From: Veleropilina oligotropha
Lineage: Eukaryota
Direction of reading: 5' to 3'
Assembly: GCA_048128005.1 (NCBI GenBank)
Contig: JBEUKZ010000066.1
Coordinates: 124,001 to 188,000 of the forward strand
DNA: 64,000 nt
The notes under the pieces are model-generated. The model searched no databases. It saw only the letters and a list, made by a program, of their open reading frames with translations, and was not told where the DNA came from. Below are positions 1-13,591 of the stretch, one piece after another (position 1 is the first letter of the stretch; the number at the start of each line of letters is the position of its first letter). The position numbers were made by a program, and so were the translations under genes.

Positions 1-927
1 GCATTCTTACTGATGCTGTTTGAAATGCGAACGCATGGTTCGTTTAATAATACAATTTATCATATATCCGGGTCATTTTACATAGCAACAAAGTGTTTAA
101 TAAAAACGATAATACACGTGTAACTTATGGCTTTCTGTGTAACTTTGATTGGATAATTTAATCAATGGGACCGAACAGCCAATTGTAGAACGGGTCACAA
201 AAGGTCATTGCGAGTAATTGAGGACTTATTTCAATACTACGATTTTTACTATGAACGTGGTTATTGAAGTGTTGCAGGAATAGTACTCGTATGTGCAACT
301 AACGATCAATATTTAGTAAAACTATTAGGTGCAGATATCCAGGTAAGATCGTTTAACTCCCAATTATCATAGCATGCAATATTCAATGTATAGTAGTTTC
401 CAATTTACTTTCCGTTAGCAAATATAGCAGCCATGTTTCCGTCGGTTCGACCACATTTTACATGGAAACTAACATATTAACGTTGAATTTTTATAAAATT
501 ATTCTGAAATATACAAAGTCGAAATTTTTTCCCTCATTCTGATGTTTTATAATGTAAGTTGACAAAATTTCGTCGTGAAGCAGACGACAAATAGTTTCAA
601 TGTCCACAACGTTAACGAATTCGACATACAAGCTTCATGCGTGCCGCGCATTTAATGTTCTTTGAATAGAGCTTGCTGGATTAGTATAATATTGATAAAG
701 CGACATTAGTTCTTTTCATAACAACATTTGTTGCTCTTTATACTACATAGAGACGGTAAGAACGGGGATTATGTTTCACACCCATTGCTACATTTCCATG
801 ACGTCAACAATCACAAATATCACCTCCCATTACTACGCCGCATAATTATGTTAGAACGCGTCAAAAATATTAAAAGCAACGTTGTACAGCTTGGTTCTTT
901 ATCAATTTAAGATATATGATAAATAGA

Positions 928-1070
928 ATCTCACATTCGTGGTCATTTAATATCACATTTATGAAACTCGTTATCTAATTTTCATATTTTCCTCGGTGAA
1001 ACCTCGGAAAATATGAAAATTAGTTAACTCCTTTCATAAATGTGATATTAAATGACCACTCATGTGAGAT
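928..1070. repeat. ~140-bp near-perfect palindrome within a dispersed repeat (bases ~60-1070 recur at ~32470-33720)
   Basis: atctcacattcgtggtcatttaatatcacatttatgaaa is mirrored by tttcataaatgtgatattaaatgaccactcatgtgagat; a centre-deleted copy lies at ~33348-33443. Confidence 0.8.
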
Positions 1071-1966
1071 CCCCTCTGAATTCTGAACACGACTTCTAGG
1101 ATATTGAATTTCTTGAATTGAAATATCATAACATAAGAATATTTGTATTTAACAATATATCAAGGAGAATACTGGTTTCACTGTTGAAATACATCAAATA
1201 CGCACGAAGAAATCGTCCAACCATAGCATAATGTTATTATTAAGAAATTGTTCTAATTATTAGAAGCCACCAATACAATAAACAATTTTCAATGCAATCT
1301 TATTCCTTTTATAGGAACAGCGAGGGTGGGTCCTCAAAATGTTAATAGCACAGACAAAGATATTAGGATCGAAATTCTATTGGCATAAGAGTTGTATCCC
1401 ATGCGGCCGAGTTTTGCAAGATTTGCGAATTGATGTTTAATAGTATTCGCAAATTTAAGTTCTGTTCTTACACGGTGTTCGGCATACAAAACTCAATCAT
1501 GCTGTTGTGGATAAAAAATATTTGTAACATTGCGGAATTGGTTATGTATGCCAGCATCCTCAAACTTAATAATCTCCTTAATAAAGTTCCTGATCAACAA
1601 TCATCCAAAATACATGATACACGCAATGGTTCATGAGTTAATTATCCTGTTTAGTATGTAGACACTTTTCATAGGTCACATATCAAATTGTAAATGATAC
1701 CCACCATCAATTACATTGATCGCAAAACCCACAAACATAGTCCAATGTGTTGCAAACGTTAATGATACAAAGCGTAGGTAGGTCTATACTTCTTGATTGG
1801 AATCATCGTGATTTGGACCAGAGAGAATACTGCAGAACTGTTGACCTCACATTGACACATAATGCACACTGTATCAAATGTGCACGGTAGGCCTATACAC
1901 AATGGATTTAAAATGCACACGATATTGCACGGATGAGTTGTAGAAGCATTGTAGGAAATGATAGAC

Positions 1967-2055
1967 TATTATCATTGTATTTCATTGTTTGAACTATTCC
2001 TATTGTTACATTATAACAATAGGGATAGTTCAAACAATGAAATGCAATGATAATA
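1967..2055. repeat. ~90-bp palindrome (short hairpin or MITE-like)
   Basis: tattatcattgtatttcattgtttgaactattcctattgtta is mirrored by taacaatagggatagttcaaacaatgaaatgcaatgataata. Confidence 0.75.
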
Positions 2056-2765
2056 TATTCTATGCACCGAGTTGGAATGTATAGATGGCTTCACTTCACA
2101 CGTCGACCCCCGCACAGTGGCCATATGATCGGAAATTGTAACATATAGTCAGTCTTTCATCCAATATTTATGCATGGACTGATAATGACAGGTCACTGTG
2201 TTAAAACATTCAACAAATTGCACACAGACTTCACGCTTGAAATATGATATTGGTCACATTGTCCAGTTTTGTTACTGTTAATTAATTGTAAATTTGACGA
2301 ACACATTAATTTTTATCATTGGTGCTCATGTTTCAATATTACAGGCAGCTTACAGATATACACGATTTAGATAATGCGCTGTGTGTCAAATTAGGCATAA
2401 AAATCCGTCGACATGTAAACGATAATAAACCGCGACCCGAACAGATATCACACACAACAAGTCGAGTGTTAGCGAGGGGTGTTATACGGATATCGCACAG
2501 AAAGTCAGTGTGTTATTTGTCATAAATGCCAAGAAAATATTTGTAAATTTCAAGGTGTGCCACTTAAAACATAGAATAGTCGCTATATCAGATGTGGGAT
2601 CTTCTATTCTAATGAATTTGACACCATGTCAATTACTTTGTTCACGCACTACCCGAATAGAGATCCTTGTTAATCCCATTGTCTGAGCTATAGTTACTTG
2701 GACAGATGTAGCGACTGGTCTTAGAGTTCCATTGCCCGCATATCAAGCTCATATAGTATATATAA

Positions 2766-3032
2766 GGCCGCTTCGACAGCTTGGTATCGGTTGTAGAATC
2801 CGAAAAATCACTGGTTTGATTCCGCTGACGCGAACAGTAGTGGGTTCAAACCCCGACTGGGGCAGTACACATTTGTTCAAGTTATGAATCACAGTTGTCC
2901 GTAACTTGTCGGAGAGGGCGGGTTTCCCCGGGGTGAACAGCTTTCCTCCTGCGATAATAAGGACATATCCTGCTTTGAACCAAATGATGGTTCGCAATAT
3001 ACAGGATATTAAGCATCGATCCTTTCCTTTCA
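2766..3032 (+). mobile_element. tRNA-derived SINE (family A), diverged copy
   Basis: B-box-like ggttcaaaccc; body shared with copies at 31694, 42717 and 59458; short tcct-type tail. Confidence 0.8.
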
Positions 3033-5176
3033 TAGTATGTATATGAAGGTATTGGTCAATAGATGCAGTTGCATACCCAAGAGTTAAAGAACAACGATTT
3101 CATGCCCTAAGAGTCAACCGGGTACCCCAGTCCAGATTGACAAATTGACTGATATTCCTAGTATTAATGATACATTCATCCAAATTGCTAATCTGGAGTG
3201 AAAACACGCCGTACATTTATAATTTGGGCATTTCGACTGAAATAACCTCAATGTAGTTTATTTGTCCTGTTTAGAACAAGAAAATACCAAAGAATGTTGC
3301 TACGAGGTTTATTATAACTTCAAAGATTGCTGTTCAGTAAAAAAAATAAGAGACCAAATTTCAACGTTTTTAATTTCCTTAATGGTTTACTCTTTTCGTG
3401 TTAAGGCATCTACCCGTATTCATGATCCCACTGAATAAGAACGGGACTAAAACCCGTATTAATGATAGTTCCAAAGAAGAATAAATTTGAAATTGTTCCC
3501 GTTGTATACATCGTTCGATGTCCGTCGTCAACATGTTGTTTAGAGATTTTCCTTTTGAATTTATATGTGTCTGGACACACGTTTTGCTGAATTTGAGTAT
3601 GATCTTCTGGTTGTCGGACAGTCTCTTTATAATCTTCAGTCTTCTTTGGCAATGTAAGTATATATGTGTGTCTTTAGACACGTTTTCCCGTTGATTGAAG
3701 ATGGAAGGCCTAAGGCGCATTTTGCATTCATCATATGCTTTGTTATTGCACATACCTTTATGCCACCAGAACTGATATACCATGGTAGTGATAAAATTTA
3801 ATCTATAATAAGACGTAATATTGATGTTTTAAGACACAAATTTTGGGTTGATATACAAGTTTTGGTTATATGAATGCAATCTAATATTCTGGCAGGCACA
3901 TTTTTGGCGTTTTTCTTGAGTACATAAGGTTATTCAATGTATATTTTTGCACATATGTGCATTGGATTTGGCTATTCCTTATGCTGCATGATGCTCGAGC
4001 AGTGATATTGTATTGAATTTAATCAATTAGACTTGCATGCTGGGTTTTTCTATCCTATCCCAAATTTTCATGTTTCTATTAGGAACGATAGTCTTATATG
4101 TCACCCGATTTTTTTTCGTTCTAAGTTTCAATATAAAAAAATATATTTTTAATTAAAGAAAGAAATATGCCTCTGTGAAAATTATTTATTGTTTGGTCAT
4201 ATTATATCGTTCAATAATGTTCAGCAGGCCTGTTATTCTCTAGCGCTTGTCCCATGATGAATCATTAAATTTATGAAATTTTTTAATGTAAAAATACCTA
4301 ACTAAAAATTATTAACATATATATGATTGATATCGGTGACGTTCACCGATGTATGTCGCTATAAAATTATAAATAGTCAAAACCACATTGCCGTATTATA
4401 CAACCGTCTGCCTCACGTAATATATATAATATATATGATGGTGTACGATACTCATAGTTATTATCAGTTAGTAAATGTCAAAATGTTTCGTTTTCTTGTA
4501 AATTATAGAAATATAGTAATTCCAGTCTCTTTTAAAATTTAAAAGATTTAAAATTGTATTCTTATACAAGTGTCCTCCAATATTGTTCCTGGTAACGATA
4601 TTACTTGCGCAATTGTTGTTAGTATTTAAATAATAAATTAAGCCATTATTAATGTGATTGTTTCATTAAAGACATGTCGATAAATAATTTAGGTTGAAAA
4701 CTTATGAAATTTACTAATTTCGATTTGCGATACGTGATTAAAATAGCATCGACGCGTTTAAGATATATTTTTATAATTCGTGAGGCGGTAATTATTTCTC
4801 TTTGAATATTAATTAAGAAAAAAAAAATTCACTAAAATATCAAATAAAACGTAATTAAGATCACTTCACATTTGTATACTGTATGTATATACTGGTAGAC
4901 CTAAATATGCTATTATTAATTCATAATTTGGGCTTCAATTTCGATACAGTCACATTTCTTGCAATAATTTGTTGTTGCGATTTAACAAATTAGATAATTA
5001 TTATATTTATTTTATATCTTGACAAGCTGTCGTAATTAAACTTTAAAATATTTATTTGCAATTAACTTCATTGTTTCTTCTCTACTGCAACTAGAAATTC
5101 TTACATTCATCTTTTACATGTATGTACGGTGCAAATGTAATATCGATAACAATGATAAAGTTTGCATCCTTACAAC

Positions 5177-8100
5177 TATGAGGCGCCGAGTGTAAATTTA
5201 TTATTTAACTTAATTCTTTCTAAATAATCCATTATATCATACATTTATAATGAGATTATCAATTATTTACATATAATTGACTTGATGTTACTTCAATTAT
5301 ATATTGACAAAAAACAATGCTTGCATATAAATGAAAAGTATTATTTCATTATTTATATATAATTTGAATCATTGCTCTTATTATTTGTAAATAATGAAGA
5401 ATGAATTCCATTATTTAATAGCATTATATATTGCAAAACATTTATTTATAAATAAGAATAAAGTTTACATTACATATAAATAATAGAACAAGTAATATAT
5501 TTACAGTCTGCACGTCATTACATTTATTTATAAATAATCTGTTTGATTTATTGCTAATAAATTATTATATACATCCAATATCTTCATATTTATATCATAT
5601 ATCTTGCATCTTCAAAATTATTATTATTTATAAATAATGAAATGTTGCATATCTATTATATGCATATAATTCATTATATACAAATAATGAAAACTGGCTC
5701 CAAATAATCGGTTTAATTTCTTGTTGCTAAGTTATTATATACATTCAATCCTCGTATTCATCTTACATGTCCTTCTTTTATATATAATGCTGTATTCCAT
5801 CTCAAAATTATCATTATTTATAAATAATGAAATGTTGCGTATCTATTATATACATATAATTCATTATATACAAATAATGAAAACCGTCTCCAAATAATCG
5901 GTTTAATTTGTTGATGCTAAGTTATTATATACATTCAATTATCATATTCCTCTTACATGTCCATCTTTTATATATAATGCGCTTTACCGACTAAAAATTA
6001 TCATTATTTATAAATAATGAAATGTTGCGAATCAATTATATCATATAATAAAAAGCGTCTTCAATTATATGCAAATGAGACGATTTAAACGTTGCAAGCG
6101 ACCGAGATCATGTGACTGAAGCAGATGACATTTTGCTGTCTGACAGATGATAAGATGGACAGCAAATCGTTAAAGGCCGGAGTCTGTGACCGACTAGCAG
6201 GGGCGTGGCCATACACACATAGAACTTGGTGATAGATGAACTAATTGCGTTAGACTGAAACAACATATCATTTTGTCGACACTGTTCTATTCTTACACAG
6301 CTGTCAATCAAATTCGCAGTGTTCCTATAGCCACGAATCAGCCAATAATGTGACGCAACTGCGACGTGGACATCACGGCGTTGGAATCACAAATGACCGA
6401 CTGGCCGGTCGACTGCTTTTATAGGGGACGTCCGGCCTTTAAGATGCAGGATCTACTTCAGATCGCTAAAACGTATTTAAATGCTGTTCTCTCTTACACT
6501 TTCTGCATTGATTTATTGCATATAGTTAGGACCTTTCAGAGATTACCACACACGGCAAAATTTTTTTTCACTTAGTAATAAATATTTGAACTTTTTTTAT
6601 TGAATTATGAGATTTATACGGAAATGCACGACGGCTCAACACGTCACTTAGCTCCGCCCTAAATCACTCTCGCGATCTACCGGGTCATTTCAAGGTCGAC
6701 CTTGTCTGAGTTTGTTTACATCGGTTTCCATGGCGGATGTCGACACGAGAAAGAGAGGCAGGCCGCCGTATCTACTGTGAAATGGATGTACGTGAAAAAA
6801 TTGAAATAATAAATATCCCTATAAATGAAAATTGGATGCGGCTACTTCAACTTGTAAACAAACAGTGAAGCACTTGAAACAGTGAACGCCCACGACATTA
6901 CAATGTCGCGGTGCTAATTATTTTGTGAAATAAACACTGACCTAGATCCAACGTCATTTGCTTGCTTGGCACGTCAATCATATCGACGGGACCACGTGAC
7001 GTTTGACCCAATAACGATAAATGGGATAAGATGGCGTTCGGAAGTTGATGCGCTCGAATAAAATACCACGTCAGCTGAAGCGATTATTAAATGCCAGCAA
7101 CACCTTTTGTTGCATTTTAACTTTTCCTTCGTCCTAAAAACATGTCATGTATGGATACCATATCGTATTTATAGTTTTCTTTTATATGAAATATCATACG
7201 AATGTAGATTCAGCATCTTTAAGTGATTTACTCCAGCATTTAAACAATGCATCCGTTATGCGTTTTAAATGCTGGAGTAAATCGCTTAACGATTTGCTGT
7301 CCATCTTATCATCTGTCAGACGGCAAAATGTCATCTGCTTCAGTCACATGATCTCGGTCGCTTGCAACGTTAAAATCGTCTCATTTGCATATAATTGAAG
7401 ACGCTTTTTATTATATGATATAATTGATTCGCAACATTTCATTATTTATAAATAATGATAATTTTTAGTCGGTAAAGCGCATTATATATAAAAGATGGAC
7501 ATGTAAGAGGAATATGATAATTGAATGTATATAATAACTTAGCATCAACAAATTAAACCGATTATTTGGAGACGGTTTTCATTATTTGTATATAATGAAT
7601 TATATGCATATAATAGATATGCAACATTTCATTATTTATAAATAATGATAATTTTGAGATGGAATACAGCATTATATATAAAAGAAGGACATGTAAGATG
7701 AATACGAGGATTGAATGTATATAATAACTTAGCAACAAGAAATTAAACCGATTATTTGGAGCCAGTTTTCATTATTTGTATATAATGAATTATATGCATA
7801 TAATAGATATGCAACATTTCATTATTTATAAATAATAATAATTTTGAAGATGCAAGATATATGATATAAATATGAAGATATTGGATGTATATAATAATTT
7901 ATTAGCAATAAATCAAACAGATTATTTATAAATAAATGTAATGACGTGCAGACTGTAAATATATTACTTGTTCTATTATTTATATGTAATGTAAACTTTA
8001 TTCTTATTTATAAATAAATGTTTTGCAATATATAATGCTATTAAATAATGGAATTCATTTCTTCATTATTTACAAATAATAAGAGCAATGATTCAAATTA

Positions 8101-8283
8101 TATATAAATAATGAAATAATACTTTTCATTTATATGCAAGCATTGTTTTTTGTCAATATATAATTGAAGTAACATCAAGTCAATTATATGTAAATAATTG
8201 ATAATCTCATTATAAATGTATGATATAATGGATTATTTAGAAAGAATTAAGTTAAATAATAAATTTACACTCGGCGCCTCATA
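5177..8283. mobile_element. Foldback-like non-autonomous element with ~1-kb terminal inverted repeats and a 6-bp TSD
   Basis: Arms 5177-6173 and 7286-8283 are near-identical reverse complements (TATGAGGCGCCGAGTG...CACTCGGCGCCTCATA). TACAAC is duplicated at 5171-5176 and 8284-8289. The arms contain AT-rich internal subrepeats, and the spacer has no long ORF. Confidence 0.9.
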
Positions 8284-8521
8284 TACAACACATATGTGTA
8301 TGGTTCCTCGTCGAGATAGGTCGCAAAATTAAAATACCCGATTCGTATATTTTTTTCAAATTAGGGTGTTAATGTCAGTAAATACGCTCAATAAAAAAGT
8401 ATGTTCACACATTTTCTCTCCCCCTAAGATCACTTTGACTAATAGTTTAATGCAGTCTAATAAATGTAATTAGTTTGGGTCCATTTGATGACAAGCAATC
8501 TCAGTTTGACTGACAGCTAAA

Positions 8522-8535
8522 GTTGCCAAGGAAAC
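8522..8535 (+). promoter_or_regulatory. RFX X-box-like motif in the putative TOGARAM1 promoter
   Basis: GTTGCCAAGGAAAC resembles the X-box palindrome GTTGCCATGGCAAC and lies ~330 bp upstream of the ATG of a ciliary gene; YY1-like CGCCATATT motifs occur near 8598 and 8671. Confidence 0.55.
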
Positions 8536-8859
8536 AAGAAATGCTGTCTAGCTGAACGGAAGTGGAAATTGATACCCGATCTTAGTTTTTAACCTTCGCC
8601 ATATTTTCTGTTCAATCGCAGACACATAAATCCGTCACGTGACCTCATTGATTTGTTGTGGTGAGCGGTCCGCCATATTTATTGTTGAGAACAGTAACGA
8701 TTGATATTCTGTTGGTAGGTAAAATTACACCATTGGCATGATTAACATGCAATTTTAGCGATGCTAATTTAATAACATTGAGTTACTAAGTCATGAAATA
8801 GCAGATGCCAAAGGGGGCTGCTTTTTGTTTATATTCCAAAAGGTGTGGAAACCTGGTTG

Positions 8860-10794
8860 ATGGCTAGCGGCGAAGTTCAGGTCCCAAAGTTCGCTCGGTA
8901 CGAGTATGACCTTTCGGATACCTCGTCGTACTTGACACACACATCTTCTGGAGTGTGGAATATGGAAGAAGATGAGATCCTGGACCAGCTAACAGATCAA
9001 AGTTTCAAGAAAAGAGCGGAGATTTTAGACCATTTACTTGTGGTTGCCAAGAGAAATGGCGGTCGTCTGCCATACACCGACATGTATCCAATATTTCAAG
9101 GGTTTGGACTGGCTCTTTCTGACACAAACTGGGACGTGAGATTAAAATGCACTAGATTAATCAATGAATTACTTCCGCAGTTTGACGACAACATTGATTC
9201 GTGCATGAATATAATTATTAAAAAAATAATTTATAATTTTGGTGACAGTAAAATATCTGTCCGACGAGCAACGATTCAAACTTTGCATGTTTATTTGAAG
9301 CACAGCAAAGATGTCAAGGTCGTTTTGGATGCAATTGTTGTACACGGATTAGATCACGAAGAGGCGAGGGTTCGTAAGGAGGTTACAGTTTCATTACCAA
9401 TGATTTTGACCCCTGACTTTTTCCAGGAGGATTTCTTTGGTATTACAAAATCATTGGCTAATAAATTATTTGAGACACCGAGTCAAGAAAACCTAAAAGA
9501 CTGTGCATTAATGTCATTGGATGCAGTAAAGAAATTAGTTGGAGAACATGAATTTCAGTCCTATTTGCAGCGTCTATCAGCTCCTCTAAGACGGTATTAT
9601 ATTCACCTTCAAAATCCTATCGAAGACATAAACGACAGCGAACCATCCACCAACCCCTTTGACAATGTGTCGCCAAGACATCACCCGTTTTCCAAGCAAG
9701 AGTCTTGGAAATCGAACCACATATGGCAACAAAAATCGTCTACAATAGATCCTGATCTTGAGTTCGGGATTATCCCATGTCATATCTTGGATCAGGTGAA
9801 TAATAAGGATGACTTTCGTTCGCGGTCAAAAGGCATTGAAGAATTAAAGAATATAGTGTCCGAATTAACGAGCAGAGAAGTGACAGGGGATCTTTTGCCA
9901 ACAATGTTACCGTTTATCAGCTTCCTTAACCATCTACTGGATGACAGTAACTTTAAAATCATTATAGTAACGCTTGAAATATATGGTCTGCTGGTGGAGA
10001 AATTGGGTCAGAACGTGAAAAGTTTTCTTCGACAATTGTCGGCCGCACTCGTCAAACGTATGGTAGATAATAAAATCGTTGTTCGACAAATGGTGATGCA
10101 GGTAGCCACTAAAATGATGCAAAGTTATACTCCGAAGCCTGTCCTTACTGTGATATGTGAAAACCTACAACACAAAAACTCAAGAGTTCGTCAAGAAACG
10201 CTCAACATCGTGATTGCGGCTACGCTCATGTTTCCGAGTTACGACTTCGATCTCGCTGAACTGTCACGATTTGTTGGTCCCACCTTAGTTGATCCCAAAC
10301 GCCAAGTACGACAGGCTGCGTTAGAATGTTTTGCGGTTTTGGCCTCTGCAATGGGAGCTGGTAGACTGCAACCATTGGTGTCGGCTGTCGATAAAGTCGA
10401 ACTAATGCAAGAGGGTGACGGTGTCATGGCCGCGGTTCAGGCGAGATTGGCACGGCGTCAGCTGCCAAGAGTTGGTTCAAACGGTTTGATAGAATATGCG
10501 ACCCAAATCCCGTCCTCCTCAAATCGCATTCACACATCTGCCATTCAAGGCGCCGACATCGAGTGGATTCAGCTTGTTAGCGGAAGTGCGACGACTTCCG
10601 CTCGATCTCGATCCGACGCCATGGAACTGGAATCGGTAACATCATCCGCAAGATCTACGCCGGCCAGCTTAACAGATCCGTCCCCCAGAAGGTTCCTGAG
10701 TGCAGGTCGTGGCAGAAACAAGCTGCCGTGGGAAGAAGAGCAGGAAGACAGAGTGAAGACTTACGAGACCTTGCCGGCATCTGCACCCGCTCCG
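8860..10794 (+). CDS. TOGARAM1: TOG array regulator of axonemal microtubules (crescerin/FAM179B/CHE-12 family), large first coding exon
   Basis: HEAT-repeat TOG domains (LSDTNWDVRLKC, LLDDSNFKI, LQHKNSRVRQETLNIVIAA, LVDPKRQVRQAALECFAVLA, AAVQARLARRQLP). ATG at 8860; phase-0 donor CCG|GTAAGT at 10795. Confidence 0.9.
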
Positions 10795-11366
10795 GTAAGT
10801 AACCCTCTGCGCTCTGAACCATGGTTTGCTGGTACCTGAAGTATGGTATTCTACTGATCACACTAGGTTGACTTGTCGTATTTCTGTTAAAAAGTGTCCA
10901 CAAATATTTTGCTTGAGTAGGCTACACGGGTCCGCAAATATACAAAATACCGTCAAACCTGTATTAGGGGACCACTCAAGGATCCCCAAAAAGTGGCCCC
11001 TTAAGACAGGTGGTCCCTTAATAATTTACCTATCATATATGGATGTATATATATATCATAAGGTCATAATCTTGTGTAAGTTGTTATTGTAAATGCATGT
11101 GTAGCAATGCTAAAATATATCATATTATATAATTTATAATGTAGATACATTTTACATTATATTAAGTTACATATAACATAATATATCTTCTGTCTATTGT
11201 GCATATAAGGAAATTCAATGCACAGTACTAGCACATCATCAATTGCAGCTAGTACATGCAGGGGCTGAATTTTGATGCGAATCCGCGAATCCATTTGCGT
11301 GAAGATTCGCCTAGAGATGTTTTCATGAGAATCCATGTTGATTCGCATAAAGGAAAAATGTTTATC

Positions 11367-12768
11367 CTTCTATTAATTCCGCAAATCTCTGTGGATTTGT
11401 TTGTTTGTTTGTTTGTTTGTTTGTCCTTCAAATATCTCGAAAACCGTCGACTCGATTGTCTTCAAAGTTGGTGGGTGTATGGCTGGCCACCCCCGGGAGT
11501 GCATATCCAATGTACAATGCCAACGGATATAGATTAAGGATGTTTTTTAGCATTTTTCCGAAAACATAGCGCTAAGGGCAAGTTCAATAGTAGCTAACGT
11601 TAGCTAACGTTACCTAACGCTTCTTGGGATAATGAACGACAGGTGATAATTTTCGTCATACGAACAAATCAAGTCTCTAAATAAACAAGTAATTTAGAAA
11701 GTACAAGAATACATATTTTGCATCTGCATATTAATTCCATACTGCTGTTATTATTGAACATATACGTGTTGTAGATAACCCATTTAACTATTAATATTAA
11801 CTTCATTAGGTATAGAATGAATTTTACTGCACATAACCGTTGCAAATTAAATTAACCCCCCCTCCATGTTCGACCAAAGTTGTTATTTACAATGCAAGAC
11901 AGCAGAGAGCAAAAAAATAAGATAAATACATAGACATTTAATAGCATTATTATGATAGATTAACTTTTAGTTAAGTATTATTCAGACTATTCGACGTCTT
12001 CGCATGTATTTCAATTTTTTTTATTTCCTGGCAAACACACGGTGTCCGCTGACCGTTCTATTTTGCTCAATTTTTGTTCAGAAAACCGTTCAACTTGAAT
12101 AGTTAGCTAACGTTAGGTAACGTTATCTAACGTTTACTTCCATTGAACTCTGCCCAAAACAAATGCAAAGATACAAAGGGAAGTAATACATTAAACACAA
12201 GATGCTTCAACAAAGATAATTTATTATTTGATGGGAAAAGTACGGTACTATAGACAATCGTCATTGAAACGACGAGTCAATCGTCATTGAAACGACGAGT
12301 CTATTGTATTTTCCTTTATTAAATGATTAACATGTTTTTAAAAGCCTACGTATTTTTTATGCCGGGAAAGTACGGTACAATATAAATTCGTCATTGAAAC
12401 AACGAGTTGATTTCAACGTGCTTTTGCACTGGAAACCAACGTTCGAATATTTGTAAAAATCTGTCGGTGTAAAAGCCTCGACTAGCACATACAAATTCAT
12501 TTCCCAATGTATTTTTCTTCCAAAATCAGTTAATTTCATTTGACTTTCAACCCCGGATTTCAACATACCACAAACTACATATCAAAAATTAACTACAAAT
12601 TTTTTATCTGACAGACCAAAATATTATAATAGTACAGTGGGTACTTCACATACACGTACACTCCCCAGGTGTCAGGAAGTGCCCCTATTGATTTAGGGGT
12701 TGAAAGATCAATACCTCACTGATTTGGGCGTCTAGAGATTTAATTACCCCACGGGCACTGGCTAGTTT
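11367..12768 (+). mobile_element. Helentron-associated (HINE-like) repeat; related copies at ~31290-32165 (+) and ~60440-61065 (-)
   Basis: (gttt)n microsatellite followed by ccttcaaatatctcga; a shared body across three loci; 3' end ccccacgggcactggCTAGTT. Confidence 0.55.
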
Positions 12769-13591
12769 AACAAATTCACATTGTGTGCCAATTTCATATG
12801 GAAATAAACAATAGCATGAATAGTTTAGCGATGAAATCAATTCTAGAGTAGTACCTAGATCTGTTTATTTATCAATAATCCTCTCCTGTGGCATCTGATA
12901 GAATGTAAAGTGAAAGCGTTTCTGCAGTAGACCGGGAAATCTTGTTAGCTGACAGTCATCTTTATTTCTGCCACTTGGCGGAAGTTCAAAATTATCTCCC
13001 TTTTGTATTGTGTCGATACATCAAAGTAATGACAATAAACATGAAACAGTAACAGTTAACTTAAAGAGACTATTGCCCGTAAATAATAATAATGTGATCG
13101 ATTTATCTGCGCTTCCTCACACACGAATGCATGCTCGAAGCGCTTACATTATTATTCCCTGGTTATTGGCCTGTTCATTCCATACTCCTTCTCAAGTCTC
13201 TCTGAGAGTATTACGGTCAAGTACATGCCTGCTAGACGCTTGACCTGTCATTCTGACAATTCTGTCACTGCCAACCAGGTACCCTTTTAGATCTCAGATC
13301 GGCTCGGTGAACAGAGGCACATATATATGCTTAATTCCTTGCCCAAGGAAATTCGCCGGGATCGGGTATTGAACCCCAAACCTCTCGACGAGAGGCCAGT
13401 GCACTACCACTGAGCGCTCTTTCTATTTTAAAAAGAAAACTAACCGTATTACACTTTTTGTTTATAAGATAAAAAGTTAGGAATTTTCAACACTCGACTT
13501 TCGTCAGTAATTTGCTACCGTTTAAATGAATCGTTACTGAATATTTCCAAAAAATTAAACGCGGTCCGCGTTTAATTACCTTGCACCAAGT

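Noticed and set aside
3379..3783. Minus-strand 134-aa and 80-aa ORFs
   Set aside because: No recognisable motif; possibly a decayed element but unsupported.
10795..10839. C-terminal VSNPLRSEPWFAGT of the 664-aa ORF and its GTG start at 8845
   Set aside because: A consensus GTAAGT donor at 10795 marks intron read-through, and ATG 8860 is the likelier start.
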